64,000 bases of DNA from Priapulus caudatus (lineage: Eukaryota). The DNA lies in assembly GCF_000485595.1 (NCBI RefSeq), contig NW_014577066.1:780539-844538 (forward strand). The letters run 5' to 3'. A program made the translations under genes and the position numbers. The notes under the pieces were generated by a model. It worked only from the letters and a program-made list of their open reading frames with translations, did no database searches and was not told the DNA's origin. Positions 26,701 through 38,700 of the stretch are shown here, piece by piece (position 1 is the first letter of the stretch; every line of letters starts with the position of its first letter).

Positions 26701-29700
26701 GTTCTCAGCAGGACGAGGCTGGCGTTCTTCGCTAGCGCGCCTTTCTTCGAGAGCTGCTTTTCATACGCGAGGCTGAAACTTCAGTCGCGACCTGACCGAA
26801 TCTCTACCTTTGCATTTTGCGTCTATTTTCGGATAGCGCCCGAAGCGAGCGTTTAGCGAAAAGATTGAAATAACTATGAGTAACACTGGCGTGTAGCGAA
26901 GCGGCGGCGGCGGCGGCGGCGGCGGCAGCGTGCATGGGCGTGGGCAGTACGCGTTTTTACGCGCGCGTAGCTGTGTCTAGGGCGCTATATCTTTCTCTTC
27001 TCCCCCCCCCTTCTCTCATCTCTCTTACTCTCTCCCCCCCCGCTCCCCCTTCTCTGCTCTCTCTCCTCTCTCGTCTCTTCTCTCCTTCGACTCTCTCTCT
27101 CTCTCTCTCTCATCTCTCGCTCCTACTTCTCTTCTCTCTTCTCTCTCTTCTCACTATTTCTTTCGCTCTCTCTATCTCTGTCTCTCTCGCTCTCTATCTA
27201 TCTAGCTATCTCTCTCTCTCTCTCGCTCTCTATCTATCTAGCTATCTATCTCTTTATCTCTCCCCCACCGCCTCTCTCTCTCTCTCTCTTTCGTTCAGCT
27301 TGCTCCCTTCTCTCTCCCTCATCCTTTCCTCGACCTCTGCCTCCCTTACTCCCTCCCCTCTCGTTCTGTCTTTCCGTCCCCATCCCCTCTTTCTCTTCAT
27401 ATCTTTCCCCTCATTCACTCTCTTGTATTCTTTCTCTTTACTTATATACTATATACACCCTTCATCTATTTCTCTGTTTTTGACTGCATCTTTCGGTCTG
27501 TTTGTCATTCAGTCCTCACATTTGATGGATGGATGCTGAGAGTTGTAACACAGGGTTCGTTCTAACGAAACACACGTTCTACGTACACAAGCATGTCACG
27601 TGCACACTCTCACCACCCCTAAGCGCTGAGCCTGCTTTCCAATGCTTACTACGTAGTATGTGAGCTGATCTAACTGCTGCATTAGGAGGTTAAACACATA
27701 AAGACATGCGGTCATAACACTCAGGTGCATGTCTCGTTAAGAGCCGGCAGATTTTGCAACTTGTATTAACTAACTACCGTACATTCCTGTTTAGGTAACC
27801 CGTCATAACTATCCATAACTAGGCAGAAACGCGCCCCGGGCGCACATAAACAGTGCAGGCCGACGAGTTACAGACCCACCTTGCTTTTCCCTACCTATAC
27901 ACGTAAGCCCCACTGTAAAGACCACAGATTGGCATATAATCATCAGGGCGGCTGCATTTCCCCGTTAAGTCTCTCATCGTCGGCGCTCACACGACTGCGC
28001 GAGGAAACCAGTGCTTCTCAGCCGTATCTGCAGCACCCGGGGGGGGGGGTGGAGGCGGCGGTGGCGGAGACTGCGGCTAACCCCTGCGTAACCCCACGGT
28101 AAGAAACAGCCACTCGCTGACCGCGAGTAATGGCCGGCTCGTGGCCAGTCTAGCCGACTTATGCGTGACCCCGCGCCCCGTCTGCATCTTACCGCACGCA
28201 CAGCTCGCTCACACTGGGCTAGGAGCACGGGTCAGCTGCTACACTAGCAGTGCCCAGGGGCGGTCAGCTCAGATGTGACGGCGGCCAGACGCGTAAACAA
28301 CCTGCGTAACCGCAGCAACAGCGGTCGTCCTACTTACGTGCGCTGAGAGAGAAAGAGCTCACTCACGAGTGTTAGCAAGAGTGCTAGGAGATTTATACAC
28401 GACAACCCCAGGATAAATGCTGAATGGAAGAGGAATAATGGTGCGCACGCATCTGTGACTGTAATACTCGTCGAACGCCTTGTACCCGACACTCTAAAAT
28501 GTATTTTCTCATGCCACTGGAATCCAAATACATCACTTGACTAGTTGTTTTAGTGTAGTAGTTTTATTATATCAACCTGTACACGAGTAAAGGCGGTGCA
28601 GGTACTAATCATTAACTGCAGGAAGAACATATTGGTGGGTAAACGGCATCAGACAGCTGTAAACAGAGCTAGAGGTGAGGGGTCAGAGTACGATTGCCAT
28701 CTTACCTGCCTGTCATCATGCATTTACATCCAAACGGTTGTTCTATTGTAATGAACTGATATCTACTTATCGTGGCTGATTTTCATGCCTAACTAATGCC
28801 AGCCGTCTATCTACACTTTATCTAATCTCATTGTGTGTCTGTATGTGCTGTCTTAGTGCTGAAATGCACAAATCCTCTGCTCAGACTTTCCAAGCACAGC
28901 CCGTGTTTTGGTTTCCCGTGTCAGAATTTGTTGTCAATTGTAATGCTTATCAGTATCAGAACCCTCAATACTAGCGGGATCTTGCGTTCACTCGTTCCTA
29001 CTAACCGAGAAAAAATGAATACGGTTCACCGAGTTACCTATAATGACTACCACAAGATATCAACTTACACGCTCGGTTTCGACGACTGGGAACCACTGTA
29101 GGATACCGGGGTATGGATAGGCGGTGACTAACACTGTTTTCTCCGTCCACAGGTTCTGAAACGTCATCACAAACAAAGCAGGTGTTATTGAATAAAAACT
29201 GTGTGAATAAAATTATGCATGAGTAACAAGTGAATACAATAATTTTGGACCAAGTCCTGACTTAATTACAATTTAACTTAACAGTCAGCAATTGTAAACC
29301 TTTTAACGATTGGAAGACACATAATAATTACTTTTAAGCACTTTCTATTTGCAACGTTCAATAAAAGCACTCGTTCTACAAAAATGCCGAGCCTATGAGT
29401 AAATATGCAAACAAGGGCATGTGGAACATAAAAGGGTTGTAGTTTCTTAGTAAATTACACAGTGCTGACATCTAGTGTGATTTTATACGGTCAATAATGT
29501 GTTGTCGAAGTAAAAGCAAGACATGTATTTTGCTACTTTGAAAGCCTGCAAGTGCCAAAGGATTTCTTTATTATATTTTTCTAATATTTGTTTGTGAATA
29601 TATAATTGTGTATAGTACACTTCACATCTATGGTGATAGCGAGTTCAACGTTTGGTTATTATCCAGTACAACGGTTAAGTGCCCCATTAGTCACTGCAAA

Positions 29701-32700
29701 TTCTGTTAGGATATATCAGTCTATACTACAATTGACCCCTAACCGGTAACTGTGCACTAACCTTCACCTTACTAGAGTGCACTGAGGAAATCAATGCCCC
29801 TTATTGTGTGAACTTGCAATGACATAGGTGCACAGTTATTGCGTCATAGCGTAATTTTTCACAACCGCATAAGTCATTAGGTTAAAGCACGGGCTCATTG
29901 TACGTAATCTATCGCACGAGTTTCAAACACGAAAATTTCTCAATATAGAAACAAGTAATGCAAATACTACACTAGACGGACGTGTGCACCTACGCTAGCC
30001 GAAGTAATACGACATTGCGATGGGCTTAAGGTTAATTTTGTAAACTTACAGCAAACTCGTTCTTTTCATCACTGTCACCCTTCTTGAATGGTCGGGAGTA
30101 AGTAAACTTCTGAACCTCATTCACCTTGTAGTACCTACAGATCAGCAGTAGTTGATTGCAGTGCTTAACCACAGACGTACAGTAATTCCCCCTATCATGG
30201 AGGTGGCATCGCTGATAAATGCCACACGCCGTGAAACCGTGAACGGTGAATACGAAGGTAAATATGCGGTTAGGGGAACAAGGAAGGTATGCGATGGGTG
30301 GTGCTATGACATTTTCAGTCCTTTAAAAACACAGAAATCGCACATCAACGTTTACAGCACGTACAAGTTAACTTTCACTTTAACATTTGCTGGCATTCCA
30401 CCAACAACACCAACCCACATAGTAGCACTACGACTAAGGTCGACTAAATAACCCCCCCACAACTCAAAAAACAAGTACCAAGAGGAGATGCGCATGTCAG
30501 ACTAGAAAAATCTTGTCACGGCTCGAATTGTAAGCAAAGTAGCGATGAGTCGAACAATACTATTAACCCCTCCCCCTACCTCAATACCGGAAATAGTATA
30601 CAAGTACAATAACTGAATTCCACCATTGACAAACCTGCAATAGGAGGACGATTACTGTATAGCAATGAGTTTAAAATATAAATTTATTGGTTGTTATATA
30701 CGTAAAGGCACGCAAGTGAGTTACTACTTACAGAGGAACAGACAGCGTTGAATTAAAACTCATACATTAACACAGAGCAGTACCGTGAACCACTAAATAT
30801 TACCTAAGTATTTGATCGTCAATACGTTTGCCAGCAAACGTTGCCTTTTCCACGTATATCGGATCGACGTGGTTTATCTGTAAATCTGGAGAGCGATCAA
30901 GGAGGCAAAGCAGGGCTAAATATAAATTATGTGCGTGCAACTAGCACTGATATCATTATAGACAAACACATGCACATGCACACACATGTGCACACATATG
31001 CGGGCACTTATGCGCACACACACGAATAGATATAACCATATACATAAAAAGATGCATACACACACTCAGGCACCACAACCCAATGTGACAAGGATACACT
31101 GAGCTGGGGAGTTCAGTATCTCCTCTTCAGGTGGTGCCAGTCTGTTCATCAGTTGTGCGCTCGGAAATTGGTTCTGGATCCGACTGATGAAGTCGCTCAG
31201 CCGCTCATACTCCTTCCCGCGGTAGATAAAGATGCGGTTCTACAACGCAACAAACAGTCAAATCCATGGGGGGTTGAAGTAGGAGGAGGATTAAAGAAAT
31301 TGTATTCGCTACAAGGGATAATTTGTGACAAGAGATGGCGCTATCATCTTTTTTCTACCATCTCTTTACCCACATCACTCTATCCCTCTGACACATGCAT
31401 GATTTTTTTTTCACTCTCTCGCACGCCGCACGCACGCACGCACACACACACACTTTCTACTATTACATAAGCTCCCCCGAGTTCATTTCTCTTCCTCACT
31501 CTACCCCATCAACTTTAACCAACTCCGTACCTTGAGAAATGAGGGAAATCCTGAGCCATAGTAGCCTACACGGAAGTACTCAGGCTCTGGTCGGATCTTC
31601 GTCAAGATGTTCTCATAGAGTTCTGCCATGGTTCTCTGTAGTGAGAAACAGCAGAGCATTCTTAAATCTGCACAAAGCAACTCGAAAACAGCAGTCAACA
31701 AAGAGCTTTGTGAAATGCTTTGAGATATCCGTACGAGGGTTATAGATAATCTGTTACGTAATCTGCATACTCCTAGAATATTGTTGTATCTGTCCATAAT
31801 CCATAATTTACCTATAATGTGCTTTAACATGTTTTATACTTTGCCTTTTCTAGCAGCTGCTTTACTTCTAGCAACATATATATTTTTTTCTATTACTTTT
31901 AATTTAATGCACAATAGTTTATTTACTATTAATTTAACAGTTCCATGAATGCATTTGTACATTAGATGCAGCTGTATTATAACCAAATATGTGACAGCCA
32001 CAAAATTTCTAATTCTAAAAGTTCATTGGGTATATCAGAGGGATCGCACTCCTGTGCCTACCATGTACTTGGCAATCTCTTGGTAGTTGAAGGTAACATT
32101 CTCATGATGAGCAACAAGTGACTTGCAGCAAGTGATGGCATTCTCCCACATCTGCAGATACACGAGTAAAGCAGCATTCGTTACTGTGGCAACTAGCACT
32201 ATTGTCATGTCATGATCATACATGACAGTCACTATCATAATGACAATGAACAGGAAAGGAGGCTGTACACATACTATCACTTAACCGTTCAACTTACTAT
32301 CACGTCATAGGAGGCCATGTCCTTTATTGCATGTTTGACAAAATTATATGAGCGAAAGATATATGTAGTAGCTTTAGCATGTGTAGTAAATAGTGGCTTT
32401 CTTGGCGCTGAATCCTTCTGAGAGACCACCAGTCTGCTCCCTTACCTTGCCCTTAGTGTAGTACTCTATGATGTCATAGTAAAGCCTGTCCTTCAAATTC
32501 CAGTGCGTCGTCGCATGCTTGTAGTGGTCATGCTGTAGTGCCTTTTCGAGTTTGTCGTCAGTCCACTGTGAGCATCAAAGTTGTCATTTAAGGGACTGCC
32601 AACAGTGCTTAACCTGACCAACTGTAGTAACTATAAGCTGGGAAGGGGCAGGTAAGTAGCAAGCATACAAATTTAATCAGCTATCAGCCATAAAGAGTCG

Positions 32701-35700
32701 ATGGGTTTAGAGTCAAGGCAGCGAAGCTGGCACCATCATGCATGGTTACAGCTGCGATCAGTACTAGTACTAAGTTTCGTGATAGTGTGGCTTTGTTGGT
32801 GAGGCTGCTGAGGGTATGGGTAAGATTGTTGCAACAGCAAGGTCATCACAAGGGTAGTGTTATCTGCAAAGTGGGCTCACCCTGAGTGTGGGGTTATAGT
32901 AGGGGTGGGGCTGTGAGGAGGGGAAGGGGCATAGTGGGGTGGTGTCTTCTTGAAGGTGGGTATGTCAGGTAAAGAGGCATCACAAAGGCAGGATCGTCAG
33001 GAGGGTGTGGCCATCATGGGGGCACATCATTGTGAGGGTGGGGTCATCTCAGGGGTCTGGTCATCGTGAGGATGGGGTCACCGCTGGGGTCGGGTCGTCT
33101 CGGGGTACCTTGAGACGATTGGCATGTTGTTGCAGGGTGAAGGCGGCCTCAGTGTAGTTCTCACAGTCGAGGTGCAGGTCGGACAGCTTGTGCAGGTAGC
33201 GGATGTACAACTCCTCCCTCTCGATCTCATCGTAGAACTCCTGCAGTAAACATGCACGTCGCACCGCATGTAAACCACCGCCAGCAACACGACCGACCAT
33301 TCAGATCATTTACATTTACATCAGATAATGTGCTGCTGCTGCTATTCAACTATAAAATATAATTAATCACAAAAAAATCGTTTTACACCCACGTGACCAC
33401 GTGAATCGATTTACCATTTACCAAATTCATTATTCAGATAACCATTTACTATAGTGCAACAGGTAAAGATACATCAACTGCACATTGCCAATCACCAACA
33501 ATCAAGCTCACTCAGTTTCTATTGGGTTTACTATTTTTGGTCGACTCTGTGGCACTTCGTCACTAAGAATTGTCTTTAGAACATCCTATCCTAACAATGA
33601 TTGGCTATAGCCAGCTATCAATCACGCTAGGAAAATAGGTCAATTGCTTGCCATGTAACACATTGCGATACATTGATTGTGCTGTCATCACAACACCTCA
33701 CCCACTCTACCTGTACTTCCATCTCACAACGCTCCCCCCCTGCTGCCCTCTTGGAACCCCCACCCTCAACCACCCACCCACCCCGCGGCTCCCCGCGCAC
33801 AACACGCACCAGCAGCCGCACGGTGCAGCTCATCTTGTTCTCCTTCTTCTCGTCGTGGATCATCGTGCGATACTCGAGCAGCCGCTGCAGCAGCCGCGCG
33901 ACGACGCCGACGAAGCGCGTGCCCTGCTCGCGCATCACCGAGTGCTGCGCACAGAGCTCGTACATCGTCGCCTCGAACAGCTCGCGGTACTGGTGGTCGC
34001 CGCGGCCGCCCTCGATCAGCGCATCCAGCTGTGTGATCATCTCGTGTTCAAACTGTGGAGGAGAGACGTGGCAGGGTGAGCGAGTGAACGTGTGAGTGCG
34101 GACGACGTAGAGTGTGAACGTAATATCGTATCTCAATCAGTGAATGTGAACGGCAATAGCTGCATGGAGTTGTTAATTAAACCACAATCGAGACACATCA
34201 CACTACCAGCAAAATCATTTCACTGATATAATATGGTGACATGTTATTAAATAAATTAATTGATTAGAAATTAAATGAACTCATTTATATTAATTGATCT
34301 TAAACTAAATAGTATGCAGCAAGAATAATTTATATCTACGATATAATAAGGAGTCAATATAATAAATGAGTACAATGGTACATGGAAGTGGTTTGTGAGT
34401 AAATGCACTTCAAGGTTCAAGGCACTTCAACAACAAGGTAACGTACCTAGAAGTTGAGGTTCCAGCCAAATTTCCCGATACAGGAGACATCAATGCAAAA
34501 ATTTACAAATGAGGAAGACGACAATAAATGAGCGCACGCAGTCACGATAATGATTGACAACACAGATAAGTATTAAATCCGAACATAGAGGGCACCACTC
34601 ACCTCGCTGAAGTTGTACTTGAATGTCTTCGTGGCGCCCTCTATCTCGTTGTAGAACTCGCACTGCATCATGTCGAAGAAGATCGGGATCGTTGCCTTGC
34701 GCAGCTCCATCTCCGGGATCAACGTCATCTCCAGGATAGGGCCGACCATGTCCGGAACAAACCGGATCTTGTTCGCTCCTGTTACAAGAAACCAACATGA
34801 CAGCTTCCCTTTGGCATGACAACGCATCTGGGAAGGAAGCTTCTGCCATTTCATTAATTTTGGTGTTTAAAAAAATATAATTCATAAATAAAGATAGTTA
34901 TCGAATAAGTGAGATCGGAAAGTCCAGCTGTGCTAATTAGGTCACAGAAAAAGGGGGTAGAAAATGGCCGCGAAGCGCTTAGGAAAGTACATGATTAATG
35001 TAAACACTCATGCGTTTTACGTTTTTGCATTAACACAAACATTGCATAATATCCCAAATGACCACAATCATATTTATAAATGTTTCTGTAAACAGAAACG
35101 CGCCTGTAAATTGAAGTACGACGTTAGTGAAGAGAATTATTGATCAAAAACCTAGACCTGTCCTATACTAACAATGTTATAAAACGGCAGTTTATACCCC
35201 CTCTTATCTGATCTCAATATGGCGGCGGGGACTTTTCGATATGGTTTATTATCGCACTGATGACATATAACACACTTTGCTACTAAACATTCACTCACCC
35301 TGGCAAAAAGTGTTTAATGCTAAACAACTATTATGAGAGACAAGCTAATTTCATTCATTATAGACTTTGCCACCATGATTGCGAACAGATATAATCCAAA
35401 AACCGCAGTGTGACCACCTACCTAGGTTAAACCACATCGACCTGATTTCAAACCCTGTCTCTCTCCGCATATCTTTGTACCTGCAAACACACAAAAACCG
35501 TGACAATCGTTTCTGTGTCAAGAAGCAAGATCAGCTAAATCTGCCGGGTGTGACTGATCAACAAATCACAAAGATCAAGCCACGCTAAAGATATAGAAAA
35601 CGTCCCACGTCCCACGTCCCGCAATCAACTCATGTCCGCTGCGCACTCAAGAGCAAAGCTTCTACCACATTGCAGCTAATAGAAGACTTACTTGGATATG

Positions 35701-38700
35701 ATTTTGTGCCGCTTGTTCTGTGAGAAGTTTTCCAGCTGGAGGCTGTCCTGCGTGAGGAAGGAAATCGCACAGTGGAAGAAGTTGTTCCACAGCTGCTCCT
35801 CAAACGGGTTTGAGAACACGTCGCGTATCGTGTGGGAGAAATGCCGCAGTGCCTTCAGTATCACACTGAAACGAACACGCCAAGTTGAGACGCACAGATG
35901 CATTCGTGAAACAACAGAGGGGAAGCACATTCATGGGAATGTGGAGGCATTTTAGGTGGAATCACAGAGCCATTTGTTGTAGTATAAATGCATCCATAGA
36001 AATACAGAACCTTATATGGGAACACAGAAATATTTACAGAATTATAAAATCGTTCGTTGGAAAGACCACAACGCCATTTATCATGTTCATGGGAGAATAA
36101 TATGAAGAAATAATCCTGGGATTATACAATCATTCAGGGGAGGGGAGGGGAGAATACAGAGCCATTCGTTGGAACATAAAATCATTTTTAGAAACAAAGA
36201 AACATTCTCGGAACTATAAAATCATGCAAGGGGGGTAGCGCAGCGGCCACTCGCGCTTGCACGGAAGCCGAACAACGGTGGCGGCACCCGTGAGGGAACA
36301 GCTCACCTGTTCTGCAGCAGGATCATCTCGTTCCAGTCGCCCGCGTAGACGTTCTTGCTGACGAGGTCGCGGAAAACGAGCAGGATCTCCATGAGGAAGT
36401 CGAGCAGGTCTGTCGTCGTGCGGAAGTGCGTGATGTACTGGTTGTAGTGGTACTCGTCCATCTGCCGCAGCAGCGACACCAGCACCGCCACGAAGCTCGC
36501 CTGCAATGTAGAGCAAGCTTTACGTGGTGGCGCCATCTACGTCTGCCGCAGCAGCGACAGCAGCACCGCCACGAAGCTCACCAGCAAGGCAGAGCATGTG
36601 CTATGCAGTGGCGCCCTCTATATCAGTCTTGCAATAAAAGGAAGTTCTATATAAATGTGTTACACTCTGTCAAACTAATTAGAGAGTGTGGAACTAATCG
36701 TAGCGCCAGCTGCACCAGTTCTGCTTCCTTTGTGGAAGCTAGGTAATCATATGAATTGCTGCCGTTCCACCTGGAAAGTGTTAGAATAAATGGTAGTACC
36801 AGCTAGTCGCTCATACACGATGTACTGAATAAACTCACAGTCAGCGGATTGGTCCTGTCAAGACGGATGACAGTCTGTATCACAGATCGCAGCAGACGCA
36901 GCATCAGAAAGCTGGTGTCCTCTAGTGTCGGCCCCTGCAAACACGCACGCATCAGTGGCGCCCCGCATTGGTGCAATGAACGACACGCAATACCCATTCG
37001 CGCTAATTCACAACGGCCGATTGGACGATCGACAGTGATGAGAACAAGACAAAATGGCGAACGAGTCACAGTGGCGCCCCACTCCGCCACCACCATCCCG
37101 AGATCACTCACAATGTCCTTGGCATAGGTAAGTTCCATAATGTCGCCCAGTATCTTCACGCACGTCTCCAGCTCATCCTTCACCTCGAGCAGGTGGTGCA
37201 GCTGAGAGGAGATCATCGGCAGCAGGATTGCCCGGCACTCTGCAACGGCACGCACGTGTGATTACAGTGGCGCCACCTCGAGGCATGACTCATGACTCGA
37301 ACACACGCAGCAGAGCTAGCCGGCGACGGCTGGATTTATTCTAGTGAGAGCGCGACACCTAATTTGCCTGGAATATTGACTGATCGAAACCTACGACCTA
37401 AATATTTAATTAAAATTGTGTATGAATGACGAGCAGCAGCAGGAAGAGGAAGAAAGGGAGGAGTAGAAGGAGATGGGGAAGAAGGATGAGGAGGATGGGG
37501 AGGATGAGCAGGACGACGACCAGAAGCAGGAGGAAGAGGAGGGAGAAGACGAGGAGGAGAAGGAAGAGAAAAAGCCGAAGAAGACCTGGCTCACCCGGAA
37601 TCGCGAAGAGGGAGCTGTGTACGATGTCGTTGACACACATCATCTTCTGCCGCTTGAGCCGCTCCTGCGGAACATTGTTGATGAGCTCCACCAGGAGGCG
37701 ACTCAGATCCTCGGCAGAGAAGACGGTCAGCACGTCCGGGATCACGCTTGGAAGGTACTTCATAGCTGCTCCCTGCACACACACAGCCAGTGACGTCACA
37801 GCTGATCTATGCTACTATATACGCTGTATATTTTGCAGCGGTTTAATTTTCGCGAATTTCGCGAACGCGTCCCTGACCGCGAAAATAACAACACGCGAAT
37901 AATTCATACCCAATAATGCAGAATAATTAATAATTCACCGACAGCGAAATTAACCACTCGCAAAATTGTCCGTCAAGTCGGAATTCGCGAAAATATCTGT
38001 ACGCGAAAAATATAGCATATACAGTATTCCAGTTAGCAGCAAGTACTGAGCCAAAGCCAATGATTTCCACAAGGGCAGTGCTAGTCTACTGTGAAATACA
38101 CTATGTGAATGTACCATGTGAAATACACCATTAATACATCCAGTGTTGTGTAAATTCAGTGTTGGAAATAGCAGCCCATTCCTCAGTCAGGGACTGGTAA
38201 CTTTAGAGCCAGACTGGCTAGTTTTTACAAAACTTACTATAGGTTATGAAGTAGATATTTTTTAGACTTATCTACAAGACAATCAAATTAATTCAATGCT
38301 GGCAGTCACTAGTTGAGACAACAAGGCTGCCATTAGTGCGTCGTTGCTTGTACTTAGTTGAAAATGTTGCCGCTTGGGTATTAGCTATGTTTGGGATCAA
38401 ACTGGATATCTCAGTAGAAGAACCTGGATGTTGAACTAGCTTGGCTACGAGGTATTAACCTGTACTCACCTGCACCGTCAGCATTGAGTCCTGTGTGTAC
38501 ATCATCATCGCACTGATCGTGGAGAAAAGTGACGACAGCATGGCCTGAAATGGCCCTTGCCCCTTGCCATTATTGAGTCTGCAGCAAAAAGAATGGTGTG
38601 TTACCTACACATTCATGAACGCACACACACGCATGCACACACACAGGCACAAACACAAGCACGCACACATGCACACACACACTCACGAACACACACAGAT

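Noticed and set aside
37426..37902. Acidic/basic + strand ORFs
   Set aside because: An intronic GAG/GAA tract plus the antisense of DOCK exon 22.
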